Shown: positions 43,489 through 52,989 of the stretch, piece after piece
How the letters are laid out: every line of letters begins with the position of its first letter
Numbering within the stretch: the first letter of the stretch is position 1
Origin: an uncultured euryarchaeote
GTDB taxonomy: Archaea; Thermoplasmatota; Poseidoniia; Poseidoniales; Poseidoniaceae
Assembly: GCA_937911345.1 (NCBI GenBank)
Contig: CALDPP010000186.1
Span: forward strand, 1 to 54,690
Length of the DNA: 54,690 bases
Direction: 5' to 3'
Made by a program: the position numbers and the translations under genes
Notes under the pieces: generated by a model
Databases searched by the model: none
What the model was told of the DNA's origin: nothing
Seen by the model: only the letters and a program-made list of their open reading frames with translations

Positions 43489-44247
43489 ATGGCTAGACCA
43501 ATACTAGTTTTTGAAACGGATAAGTTATCTGTATATCAACAACAACTGGGTGAATGGGATAACCTAAACCACTTATTAGTCTGTAAGATAAGTAACAATG
43601 CCTGTATTGTTGACCCATTCGATGGCCATTATTGGTATGAATTTTGCCAAACTGAAAATTATAATTTAACTGAGATATGGCTCACTCATAGCCATTGGGA
43701 TCACACCAAAGGAGTAGAAGAGTTGATACAACTTTCATCAAATCATGTGGCGGTTAGATGTCATAATTTAGAACAAGAACGAGGTTATCAACTTGATGGA
43801 ATTTTATGGTGGCAACATGAAGAATTCACTTCAATAAATCAACAATTAGGTTCACTTTCTTTCTCAATTCACTGCACTCCAGGCCATACGCCCGGCCACG
43901 TAACTATTGTTGGAAATGGAGTGGTTGTTACCGGCGATTGTCTATTTTTAGGCCGCTGTGGCAGAACAGATTTATTCGGTGGCGATCAAAATAAACAGCG
44001 TAAATCACTGTTATACTTGCGAGAGTTTCTTTTGGAACTCGATGCCAATTATGTTGTTTTACCTGGACATCAGTATGAGTTGTCTGACGGTAGTAATCCC
44101 ACAGTCCTACATCTAGTTGATTTCATGGCCAACAATGAAGCATTAAATTCGATAGATAATGAGGATGATTGGAATAATTTACCATTTCTATCATTTGATG
44201 ACAGCCTTGCAGAAAAAGCTAGACGTCAAAGAGCTCGTAATTCATAG
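43489..44247 (+). CDS. Metallo-beta-lactamase fold hydrolase (glyoxalase II-like)
   Basis: THSHWDHTKG (H-x-H-x-D-H), followed by TPGHTPGH, GDCLF and LPGHQ. Confidence 0.85.
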   Translation: MARPILVFETDKLSVYQQQLGEWDNLNHLLVCKISNNACIVDPFDGHYWYEFCQTENYNLTEIWLTHSHWDHTKGVEELIQLSSNHVAVRCHNLEQERGYQLDGILWWQHEEFTSINQQLGSLSFSIHCTPGHTPGHVTIVGNGVVVTGDCLFLGRCGRTDLFGGDQNKQRKSLLYLREFLLELDANYVVLPGHQYELSDGSNPTVLHLVDFMANNEALNSIDNEDDWNNLPFLSFDDSLAEKARRQRARNS

Positions 44248-47200
44248 AATATCATCAAGATTGACCATATTGGGAATGGCTTCATCTTGAGCTTGTTGCT
44301 GTTGAATCTCAAATTGCTTCCATTGCGGCATTTCAGTAGGTTCTTCTCCAACCCAACCTAATGCCCTAGCCTCGTCTAATTGACCATTTGCTACGTAGTA
44401 ATCAATCCAAGCAGTTCGTCTTTCATCCTCTTCAGAAAATGCTGAGTTAACCATTGCTTCATCGATTCTTTCCTTGCGAGATTTATTCTTAGCCAAGGTT
44501 TTGGAAAACTGAGCAACAATAATCACGGAAAGTAGAATCATTATTGCTATCCCCATGAAAACAAGCGTAGGTTCTGTACTGCTGCTAGCCGATTCGGAAT
44601 CTGATTCTCCACCTTGTTGCGGTTCGGTTATTTTGCAAACAACAGATCCAATCCTTCCTTCAAAGATGTCAGGGTCATATGGGCAAGGGTCGGATGTATC
44701 GCTTGTTCCGTCACTGTCTGAATCAATGCAGCCAAACACATCGCGGTATGAGGTACCAGGGTCTTCAATACAATCGTCAGGTTGATATGCGCCACTAGTG
44801 AAATTATCCCCATAACCATCACCATCAAAATCACTCCATTGTGTGGCCTCTAGAGGGAAATCATCACTGATATTATCGCCGTAACCATCACCGTCTTGAT
44901 CACTCCATTCATCCGGTACTGTTGGGAATGCATCGCCTCTTTGGTCGCGCAACTCGATGATTTTTTGCTCATCATCTTCATCTTGGACGTAGGTTACTGT
45001 CCATAGGTAATTGTCTCCATAGCCATCACCATCAGTATCTTTCCATTGCTCGCCATCCTCCGGGAATTCGTCATCAACGTCAGCCCACCCATCATTATCA
45101 GTATCGACGCATCCGTAGCGATTATTTTCGCTTGATGTACCAAACGTATCAGGGCAATCATCCCCTCCTGGCTTGTTTATTTCATCGCCATATCCATCAC
45201 CATCTCGGTCAGACCATTGCAGTGGGTTTTGCGGAAAGGCATCTTCGGGGTCAACAAAACCGTCACCATCACTATCAGGACAGCCCCTAGAGATTGGATT
45301 CGCCGAGTTACCTGCTTGAGTTGGGCAAATGTCGCCGTTTATCGAGCCAGTTCCGTTGTTGTCTCCAAAACCATCCCCATCAAAGTCCGACCATTGTGTT
45401 GGGTCAAATTTGAACGCATCGCCGTTGTTTCCTGCTGCATTATCACCATACCCATCTCCGTCAGTATCTTTGCACTGAGTGGGATCATCTGGGAAGATGT
45501 CAGGATTGTTACCGGATTGGTTATCTCCGCCACAATCTAGAGAGTCTCCGTCTCGATTTGACCACTGAGTGTCATCATTTGGAAACGGGTCTCCCTGGTC
45601 GGAATATCCGTCACCATCACTATCAAGACAGCCAATTCTGTCTATTGTCGATGAACCAGATTCGTCTGGACATTCGTCTGGACTATTACCGTCTTGATTG
45701 TCACCATAGCCATCACCATCTCTGTCACACCACTGAGTAGGGTCAAGCGGCACTCCGTCTGCTTGACAGTATCCAGTTGACGAGACCGGACCCCAGTTAG
45801 CAGTTGGATCAGAGTACGAATCACCATCGGTATCTATGCATCCATATCTATCGGCAGTTGAGTTGCCATAAACGGTAGGACATGCATCAGCATCATCGCC
45901 AACTTGGTTATCGCCCCACCAATCACCGTCAGTATCAACCCATTGGTAGTGGTTTAGAGGGAATTGGTCAACTTCTGTAGCACCAGTGACAATTTCTCCT
46001 GGCCAGGCCGATTCCCTAAATTCATCCCATGATTGGTCGACGTAATTATCACCCCATCCATCGCTGTCCGTATCATTCCATTGGGTCGGGTTGTTTGGGA
46101 ATGCATCGCCTCGTTGGTTGATGTGGAAGAAGGTGTTAACGACCTCGAAGTAGTACTCATCGCCGTAGCCGTCGCCATCAGTGTCTTTCCATTGCTCAGC
46201 ATCATTTGGCGCCCAATCCCCATCGTCTGACCATCCATCACCATCACTATCTGGGCATCCGAATCGATCTTGTGTCGATGTCCCAAATTGGTTAATGCAA
46301 GCGTCGGGTGTAGTCGCAGGGTCAGGATTGTCTCCATATCCATCGCTATCAGTGTCATTCCATTGCGTTCCATCATAGGGAAATGCATCAACAACGCCAT
46401 CTCCTTGGTCAGAGGAATTGTAGCCGTCATTATCTTCGTCAAGGTCAGCAATCCAATAGTGGATACCCTCGTCATCTCTTCCGTAAGTCGTGACAATCTT
46501 GGTCCCATCGGATGACCAAGTTAGACCATTTACTTGTCCGCAGTTGTTTCCTCCACAGCCGTTTGGTGCAGGAGCTCCGAAAAAGTCGACAAGTTGGCCT
46601 GAATCTGTGGTGTGAATCTTTACTGAACCACCATCGCCTTGGTAGTATGAATGTCCATTGGCGATTTGCTTTGAATCACTTGAAAAATCGGCAGATAAAC
46701 AGGACGAAGTCGTGGGATTTTCCCAAATTCTAGTCCATGCAGAGTTGACATATTTGTACATGTCAAAACTGGCTCCAGCGCCTTCCCAAGCACCGCACAT
46801 TGAGATGTAGTTGCCATCGGGCGACCAATCAATGTCGTTTATACCGGACGGCGGGCTACTTATCGAGTAATCCGTTGCCCTTGTCGCTAAGTCTACAATG
46901 TAGAAATCACCATTCGCAGCAACAGCAATCTTTGTCCCATCAGGGGAGAAAGCTGATGCGTAAAATCTGTCCTCTCCGTTAGGGTTGATTCCGTTGCCAA
47001 GTTGTTGTCCATTACTTGTTTGAATAATGATTACCTGGCCATTGGTTCCACCGCTACCAGACCTACCTATCGAAACAGCGACTAGGGAACTATCAGGTGA
47101 AAACTCAACATCATATACGTAATCACCACCTCCAACATCGACACTAATTTTCCCGTGAATTGAAGTCATGCTAGATGGATAATATAATTCGATTGTATCA

Positions 47201-47640
47201 TCGTCTAGGCCAGCAGCAATCATTGTATTATCTGGTGAATAAGCTACAGAGGTAACCTCGCCGTTTATCGCTTGCGCAGAACGAACGTTGACATGAGTAC
47301 TGGAGTTCCAAACTCTTACCCATCCGTCCTCATCACCAGTTACCACAAATTCGTCGTCGCTAGAGAAATCAACATCGTTGTAATTTTGACTTGATGATAT
47401 GGTAAACTCATTTTGGAAGTTCGGGTTATTTGCTACCCATCCGTCATTGTAATCGGAGATACCGTCTCCGTCTCGGTCAGGACAACCAATTCTGTCTACC
47501 GAAGAAGTGCCAGATGCCCATATGCAATCATCGGTAGAATCGCTTACTCCGTCGCCATCTGAATCTGCTGAAGCAGTCATTGGGAGTGTTGCGATAAGGA
47601 ATAAGAGAAGGGTTGCAAAAACCTTACCCTTGGTTTCCAT
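44242..47640 (-). CDS. Large (1132 aa) type-I surface protein: signal peptide, WD40/PD40-like beta-propeller, about 20 thrombospondin-type-3-like Ca-binding repeats, TM anchor, about 85-aa cytoplasmic tail
   Basis: Signal ATLLLFLIATLPMTASA. Propeller blades show (Y/F/W)SPD(G/N/S) motifs six times and VRVWN. I counted 21 D-x-D-x-D-G motifs (DTDGDGYGDN and similar). TM LVFMGIAIMILLSVIIVAQF. Confidence 0.85.
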   Translation of the reverse strand: METKGKVFATLLLFLIATLPMTASADSDGDGVSDSTDDCIWASGTSSVDRIGCPDRDGDGISDYNDGWVANNPNFQNEFTISSSQNYNDVDFSSDDEFVVTGDEDGWVRVWNSSTHVNVRSAQAINGEVTSVAYSPDNTMIAAGLDDDTIELYYPSSMTSIHGKISVDVGGGDYVYDVEFSPDSSLVAVSIGRSGSGGTNGQVIIIQTSNGQQLGNGINPNGEDRFYASAFSPDGTKIAVAANGDFYIVDLATRATDYSISSPPSGINDIDWSPDGNYISMCGAWEGAGASFDMYKYVNSAWTRIWENPTTSSCLSADFSSDSKQIANGHSYYQGDGGSVKIHTTDSGQLVDFFGAPAPNGCGGNNCGQVNGLTWSSDGTKIVTTYGRDDEGIHYWIADLDEDNDGYNSSDQGDGVVDAFPYDGTQWNDTDSDGYGDNPDPATTPDACINQFGTSTQDRFGCPDSDGDGWSDDGDWAPNDAEQWKDTDGDGYGDEYYFEVVNTFFHINQRGDAFPNNPTQWNDTDSDGWGDNYVDQSWDEFRESAWPGEIVTGATEVDQFPLNHYQWVDTDGDWWGDNQVGDDADACPTVYGNSTADRYGCIDTDGDSYSDPTANWGPVSSTGYCQADGVPLDPTQWCDRDGDGYGDNQDGNSPDECPDESGSSTIDRIGCLDSDGDGYSDQGDPFPNDDTQWSNRDGDSLDCGGDNQSGNNPDIFPDDPTQCKDTDGDGYGDNAAGNNGDAFKFDPTQWSDFDGDGFGDNNGTGSINGDICPTQAGNSANPISRGCPDSDGDGFVDPEDAFPQNPLQWSDRDGDGYGDEINKPGGDDCPDTFGTSSENNRYGCVDTDNDGWADVDDEFPEDGEQWKDTDGDGYGDNYLWTVTYVQDEDDEQKIIELRDQRGDAFPTVPDEWSDQDGDGYGDNISDDFPLEATQWSDFDGDGYGDNFTSGAYQPDDCIEDPGTSYRDVFGCIDSDSDGTSDTSDPCPYDPDIFEGRIGSVVCKITEPQQGGESDSESASSSTEPTLVFMGIAIMILLSVIIVAQFSKTLAKNKSRKERIDEAMVNSAFSEEDERRTAWIDYYVANGQLDEARALGWVGEEPTEMPQWKQFEIQQQQAQDEAIPNMVNLDDIL
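44671..46446 (-). repeat. Intragenic coding repeat array (thrombospondin type-3 / calcium-binding D-x-D-x-D-G-x-x-D modules)
   Basis: The plus strand repeatedly shows cc(r)ta(n)ccatcacc(r)tc ... ccattg. On the coding strand this is QW-x-D-x-DGDGYGDN. Units are 22-60 aa and alternate with C-x-D-x-x-G-x-S-x-x-(D/N)R-x-GC segments. Confidence 0.8.
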
Positions 47641-47745
47641 GGTATCCGGATTGATGGGTAAATAAAGGTATTATGGTTAAATTGCTCTTACAACAAATCA
47701 GCAATAAATCACAATTGCTTAGTTATATGAAAATCTCGGAAGTTT

Positions 47746-49266
47746 GTGAGCGCAGGTATCTCGAAGGTGAATGTACCAGTTCAAGACCGCGTAATGCTCC
47801 ACTTATTGGAAAATGATGTACAGGCAGATAGATACTTTGTCGGCCCTGAGTTAACTAGACCTGGAATTGCAGAATCATGCGCGCTACATCCGCCAAATGT
47901 CAGCAGAACCATGAGAGAACTCTTGAAAAAAAACATGGTATCAGAACATACAAGAAACATCAAAGGCGATGACAGAAGGCAAAAGACTTGGCAACTCACG
48001 GACGAGGGTAGAGAAAAAGTCATCCAGATAAAGGAAAAACTGTCTTCGACAATGATTGTGATTCGTGATGGTAACGGAGATCTGTTAGAACTCGAAGCGG
48101 CAACAGTACCAGATAGACTTGATGCTAACATTTCACTGCTTCAAGTTTTAATGCACGCTCAGCATGAAGGGGTCTTGACATACGGTGACATTAGATTTGG
48201 TGCGATAACTAATCGGAGTGATGATGAGAACTCAAATTCGCCAGGACGACTGAAAGCACTAACAGGTGTCCATGCGACGTACAACAATCAGCCACCAGAA
48301 ACCCGGGTAGTTCATGGTCGAAATGAACAATTTACCGAACTAGATCTGTGGTTCAAAGAGCGCAAGCCGTGCATGGTAGTTCATGGAATTGCAGGTATAG
48401 GGAAGTCCACATTAGTGGCTCACTGGCTTAATCAACAAATGGAAAAAGCTCCTAATTTGTCGGTCTGCTGGTACCCTTGCCAACCTTGGGACACATCTCT
48501 CGGGTTAGCAACCAGTTTACTTCACAGATTTGGTATTGATGAATCGCATGATCCATACAACTTGATTGAAACCCTGCCACTCAATCCAGGTGGTCAAGTA
48601 GATGTAGACATGCTTAGGAGGAGGCTATTGGCTTATTTGACCGATGCCAGAACAATCCGTGAGCGTTTCAAAGACGAACCTGGAGGACCTCCTCCATACT
48701 GGTTAATTGTGCTGGATGATGTTCATCACATCGAAGAAAATTCAGCAAAATTACTCGGTGCTATGTTGCAGATTTCGCAACAATCTCCTTTGCGAATAAT
48801 GATGATTTCTCGAAGTCGCCCTTCAGTTTATGACCGCAGAGATGTTCATACCAGAGACTTAGTTTCAGAGCTAGCGCTGAAAGGTCTATCGATAAATGAA
48901 ATGGAAGACTGGATGAAAGAGCTTGAGATTTCTGAAGATTTAGAGGCTGTTTTTCAAAAAACAGGTGGTCACCCATTAGCATTGGAATTGTTTGAACTGT
49001 ATGGTCAATCTGTCCACATAGATTGGCTACAGTTCCTTGACGATGAGATTTTGTTCAAATTACCAGATGATGAAAAACGATTACTAACCATCCTAGCGAA
49101 TTATGACAAACCGCTAACTTGGGAAGAATTAGCAAAGCAATCAGATTGGGACGGCCCACCTCCAAGAGGGTTAATTTCGTATGGTATTCTAATCGAACTA
49201 GAAGATGGAATGTGGCTTCATGAAGCACTCAGAGAGCGGTTACTGAGAGATATTAATCCAAATTAG
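47746..49266 (+). CDS. wHTH (MarR-like) + NB-ARC/STAND P-loop NTPase, no C-terminal repeat sensor
   Basis: wHTH GIAESCALHPPNVSRTMRELLKKNMVSEH...WQLTDEGREKV. P-loop MVVHGIAGIGKSTLV, Walker B YWLIVLDDVHH, RNBS-B-like LRIMMISRSRP, GLPLAL-like TGGHPLALELF, then a terminal winged helix. GTG start, or the ATG at 47794. Confidence 0.7.
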   Translation: MSAGISKVNVPVQDRVMLHLLENDVQADRYFVGPELTRPGIAESCALHPPNVSRTMRELLKKNMVSEHTRNIKGDDRRQKTWQLTDEGREKVIQIKEKLSSTMIVIRDGNGDLLELEAATVPDRLDANISLLQVLMHAQHEGVLTYGDIRFGAITNRSDDENSNSPGRLKALTGVHATYNNQPPETRVVHGRNEQFTELDLWFKERKPCMVVHGIAGIGKSTLVAHWLNQQMEKAPNLSVCWYPCQPWDTSLGLATSLLHRFGIDESHDPYNLIETLPLNPGGQVDVDMLRRRLLAYLTDARTIRERFKDEPGGPPPYWLIVLDDVHHIEENSAKLLGAMLQISQQSPLRIMMISRSRPSVYDRRDVHTRDLVSELALKGLSINEMEDWMKELEISEDLEAVFQKTGGHPLALELFELYGQSVHIDWLQFLDDEILFKLPDDEKRLLTILANYDKPLTWEELAKQSDWDGPPPRGLISYGILIELEDGMWLHEALRERLLRDINPN

Positions 49267-49592
49267 AAATCATCAGCAGTCATGTGCTGATCAATCCAAT
49301 TGAGCAATGCAGGCTTTGGCATAGCACCGCTTTGTTTTGCCACAAGGTTACCATTGTGGTACAGGAATAATGCAGGGATTCCTCTGACGCCCAACTTGCC
49401 GGCATTAGCAGGATTCGAATCGGTATCTACTTTCGCAATTAGGATTTCTCTCTCACTTGCAACTTGTTCAAGAACTGGGGCTAATGCTTTACAAGGTCCG
49501 CACCATGGAGCCCAGAAATCTACGAGCACCCATTCACTATCTTTGATTGAATTTTCATACTCAGAATCGGTTACTGACCTTACTTCACCCAT
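49263..49592 (-). CDS. trxA: Thioredoxin
   Basis: VLVDFWAPWCGPCK active site and GIRGIPALFLY. 109 aa. Confidence 0.9.
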   Translation of the reverse strand: MGEVRSVTDSEYENSIKDSEWVLVDFWAPWCGPCKALAPVLEQVASEREILIAKVDTDSNPANAGKLGVRGIPALFLYHNGNLVAKQSGAMPKPALLNWIDQHMTADDF

Positions 49593-49703
49593 GTTCTCAC
49601 TAAGTCACCCTAGGACAGGAGCATTAAGAGACTTTGTGCGGCTGAAAATACAGTTTTTAGCACAATGCTCTTGAGAATCCAACATTTGGCCGAGACTGTT
49701 CAC

Positions 49704-50378
49704 ATGATAATCGCACCGAGTATTCTAACTGCAGACCTCTCAAATTTGGCTGAATCTTGCAAAGAGGCAGTTGATGCAGGCCTCGACAGACTTCATTTGG
49801 ACGTTATGGACGGTAACTTTGTGCCAAATATGACCTTTGGCCCACCAGTAATCAAGTCGTTACGCAAATCTCTACCAGAGCATGTTATTTTCGATGCACA
49901 TCTTATGATAACCAATGCTGAAGATTGTTACATGGATTATATCGATGCAGGTTGTAATCATCTTTCAGTACATGTTGAAGCAGCAACTCACCTTCATAGA
50001 CTAGTTACCGCAATTAGAGATGCAGGCGCTACAGTAGGAGTAGTTCTCAACCCAGCAACATCATTAGATGCGATTACCGAAATATTGCCTGAAATTGATT
50101 TAGTGCTAGTAATGAGCGTCAATCCAGGTTTTGGCGGCCAATCATTTATTTCGTCAGTAGAGGGTAAAATTAGACGCCTAAAGTCAATGATTGACGAGCA
50201 AGTGAAAACCGGCGGCAGGCCAGTCCAAATTCAGATTGATGGTGGAATAAAATCCCACAACATCGCCATGGTAGGAGAATGGGGCGTGTCGAATTGTGTA
50301 GTTGGATCTGGACTGTTTAATGACCGAGGTACTGTAAAAGAAAATCTAGCAATATTACAAACAGCCCTTGAAGTATGA
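49704..50378 (+). CDS. rpe: Ribulose-phosphate 3-epimerase
   Basis: MIIAPSILTADLSNL, LHLDVMDGNFVPN, VMSVNPGFGGQSF and QIDGGI. The track ORF starts at an upstream ATG (49665). Confidence 0.9.
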   Translation: MIIAPSILTADLSNLAESCKEAVDAGLDRLHLDVMDGNFVPNMTFGPPVIKSLRKSLPEHVIFDAHLMITNAEDCYMDYIDAGCNHLSVHVEAATHLHRLVTAIRDAGATVGVVLNPATSLDAITEILPEIDLVLVMSVNPGFGGQSFISSVEGKIRRLKSMIDEQVKTGGRPVQIQIDGGIKSHNIAMVGEWGVSNCVVGSGLFNDRGTVKENLAILQTALEV

Positions 50379-50385
50379 TTCAGTT

Positions 50386-50392
50386 AAGGTGA
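50386..50392 (+). promoter_or_regulatory. Shine-Dalgarno site of the glycosyltransferase gene
   Basis: AAGGTGA-CAAT-GTG. Confidence 0.55.
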
Positions 50393-50396
50393 CAAT

Positions 50397-51485
50397 GTGC
50401 GAATTCTCGTTGTTTCACTTATGTACCCTCTACCAACGAATGTAGCAAGGGGCACTTTCGTCAGCGATAATGTGGAATTATTGAGGGCGCAAGGTCACGA
50501 AGTAAAAGTTGTCAATCCATTGCCAAGGATGCTCAAATATCAAGAATCAAGGCGCTCAACGCTTACGGGTGTTGCTAAAGCACCTGTGAAATTTGAGCAT
50601 GGAGAAGTCGAAGTATTAGCTCCAAGGTTTTGGGGTTTGCCTGGTCATCCATACCCATCGATTACCATTGGCAGTATGAAACGGATGACAAAAAAAGTAT
50701 CCAACTGGCTCAATGATTGGCAACCACAGATAATCATCTGTCATACTATTTGGCCAGCTGCAGAATTGGCTGGTAGACTTGCAAAACAACTGAGTATTCC
50801 TTGGATTGCTGTAGTTCACGGACACGACTTTGATGTTGGACTCCAAGATTCCAACATCGGCCATCACATCTCTCGCTTGGCCAAACAAGCCAATCAAATT
50901 GTGACAGTTTCACAGCGTCTTGCAGATATTGCCAAGCGAGAGCAAATCACTAATCACAGCGTAATTAGATGCCATACAGCAGTAGAGGATGAATGGCTTA
51001 CAGAGCCTAAGAATTGGCGGGGTCGTTGGCGAAAAGAAAAACTGGACATCTTGTTCCCTGCAGACCCAAGAAGGCCCGAGAAAAATCACTATCTTGCTCT
51101 GCAAACAGGCGAGGAGTTAGAAAGCAGGGGATGGATTGTTGGCATCACTACATTGCGTCAACAGCCGCGGACAATAGTTTGGGATAGGATGCTAGTAGCA
51201 AATGTGACTTTGATTACTTCACTACGCGAATCAGGTCCGTTAGTTGCTAGAGAATCGTTAGCCTGCGGTACTCCTGTAGTATCAGTAAATGTCGGAGATG
51301 TCAAGGATTATTTGCAGGAATTTTGTCTTGTGGAAGATTACGATCCTGTGAAATTAGCCGATGCTATCGAATTAACATTACAACAAGATTGGCAAAAGAA
51401 ATTCGACATGCCGGATAATTATTCACTAGATTATGTCAGTAGTCAGTGGCAAGAATTGCTCTCCAACCACGTGGCACAAACATGA
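50397..51485 (+). CDS. Glycosyltransferase, GT-B fold (GT4-like)
   Basis: N-terminal MRILVVSLMYP and the C-terminal E-x7-E region SLRESGPLVARESLACGTPVVSVNVGD. GTG start behind a good SD. Confidence 0.8.
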   Translation: MRILVVSLMYPLPTNVARGTFVSDNVELLRAQGHEVKVVNPLPRMLKYQESRRSTLTGVAKAPVKFEHGEVEVLAPRFWGLPGHPYPSITIGSMKRMTKKVSNWLNDWQPQIIICHTIWPAAELAGRLAKQLSIPWIAVVHGHDFDVGLQDSNIGHHISRLAKQANQIVTVSQRLADIAKREQITNHSVIRCHTAVEDEWLTEPKNWRGRWRKEKLDILFPADPRRPEKNHYLALQTGEELESRGWIVGITTLRQQPRTIVWDRMLVANVTLITSLRESGPLVARESLACGTPVVSVNVGDVKDYLQEFCLVEDYDPVKLADAIELTLQQDWQKKFDMPDNYSLDYVSSQWQELLSNHVAQT

Positions 51486-52908
51486 ATAAAACTAGGCCAC
51501 TCAATGCTAATAATGAGTTTGCGGCAAACCCAAAACAGGTTATTGAAGCAAGAGTTACAGCGGCGAAAAAATCAGTTTTTCGTTGCCGAACGATTACCCA
51601 TAGTTTGGCTAGGTGAATTGATGACAGCAGTAAGAAAGCAGAGGATAGGGTTGATGCAATTGCTGCAGCATAAAGTCCCCAAGTCGGCGAATTTGCCATT
51701 GAACCAATTAATAGGAACCCGATTATTGTGCCAAAAACGACGACAAATCCGATGAACAGCGTAAATTTCCACGGCTTTTCACCAGCCTGTAAAGCGGTAT
51801 AACTTGGCGTAGCGAGCAGAGTTAGGCACCATCCAATCAATAAAATCATGAATAATCCAACAGCTGAAGGACCTATACTACCGTCGGTATATTGCTCAGG
51901 AAAGGCGATAGGAAGTAGAAATCGAATCAACAATGCGCCACCAAACAAACCTATCGGTAATATTCCAAAGCACAAGTCGAGTGACTTTTCAATTGAATTA
52001 AAGAATTTCTTTTCATCACTTCTGTTTTGTCCTAGAATAGGTAATAATGCTGCGCGTAAAGCCTGCGGAACAACTAATCCTGCCAGCCAGGCAATCTGGG
52101 CAACGTGGAATAATGCTGCCGAATCTACCCCCATGGTCCCAGCAACGATGAATTTCTCAATTCTAATCACATAAGGTAGAATTCCAAGTGTTATGGCAAA
52201 CGGGAGCGATTGCAAAATCAGTGATTTGTTATCTATCCAACACTCATCAAGGTCTCGCCATTGATAATTATTTGAGGCTGGTTTCAGTGTAAATCTAGCT
52301 AATAGAATCGCCGAGAGAAGCCCTAATAATGCGCCAATCAAGAATGCAATAGCATAACTTTCGACTGAACTACTGCCCAAGTAATACAGGGCTAAGTAAC
52401 CAGCAACTGCAATCAATCTTTCAATGACTTTTGTGCATGCTTCCATCCATGCATAACCAGCAGCCCGCAAACCAGAACGCGGTGCATAGGAGAAAATGTG
52501 GGCAAGTGCTACCAGCATACATGTTACAATTACCGGGAAATACGAAGTCCAATCATCAAGAATAATGGTTACTCCAAATAATGCGATAACGACGAATGGA
52601 ATCATGCAAATGAATTGAATTCGGTAAATTCGCCAAATTGCCTCCCAGATCTTATTGACACAATTTGCCCCATCGCGAGTCAGTATGGTAGGTAGCCCCA
52701 AATCGATAATGAGAAATGTTGTTGCAAATACATCAAGTGCAATAATGAATATTCCATAATCTTCGGTGATTAAGGCACGCGTTAGTACAACTTGCCCGAT
52801 GAGGGCTAAAAATACGGCTAAGATGTCTGCACCTATCAACCAACTTGAATCCCGGCCCATGTTTAGGTCACGGCCAGTTTCATTAGCCACTGGCTCGGAC
52901 ATATTCAT
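51436..52908 (-). CDS. Polysaccharide/oligosaccharide flippase (MOP/Wzx-like multi-TM transporter)
   Basis: 490 aa with roughly 12-14 hydrophobic helices throughout. Located beside glycosyltransferase and nucleotide-sugar dehydrogenase genes. The family call rests on architecture and context only. Confidence 0.65.
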   Translation of the reverse strand: MNMSEPVANETGRDLNMGRDSSWLIGADILAVFLALIGQVVLTRALITEDYGIFIIALDVFATTFLIIDLGLPTILTRDGANCVNKIWEAIWRIYRIQFICMIPFVVIALFGVTIILDDWTSYFPVIVTCMLVALAHIFSYAPRSGLRAAGYAWMEACTKVIERLIAVAGYLALYYLGSSSVESYAIAFLIGALLGLLSAILLARFTLKPASNNYQWRDLDECWIDNKSLILQSLPFAITLGILPYVIRIEKFIVAGTMGVDSAALFHVAQIAWLAGLVVPQALRAALLPILGQNRSDEKKFFNSIEKSLDLCFGILPIGLFGGALLIRFLLPIAFPEQYTDGSIGPSAVGLFMILLIGWCLTLLATPSYTALQAGEKPWKFTLFIGFVVVFGTIIGFLLIGSMANSPTWGLYAAAIASTLSSAFLLLSSIHLAKLWVIVRQRKTDFFAAVTLASITCFGFAANSLLALSGLVLFMFVPRGWRAILATDY

Positions 52909-52989
52909 GCCTTGACCTGTTTCATTTGAAAGATACTCTATACCACATGTTCAAATGATGGTTTTGTAAGGCGTTGTCGAGGTGCGACG

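Noticed and set aside
44671-46446. Highly periodic DNA repeats that could at first glance suggest a CRISPR-like or tandem-repeat array
   Set aside because: The periodicity is irregular (units of about 66-180 nt). It lies entirely inside one long ORF and encodes D-x-D-x-D-G calcium-binding motifs. There are no invariant repeats separated by unique spacers.
45954-46508. 184-aa ORF on the minus strand, plus several 60-107-aa ORFs between 44555 and 46982
   Set aside because: These are alternative frames or antisense reads of the repeat-rich surface-protein gene. Their Met/Thr/Leu-rich periodic translations are a by-product of the GAT/GGT-rich repeats.
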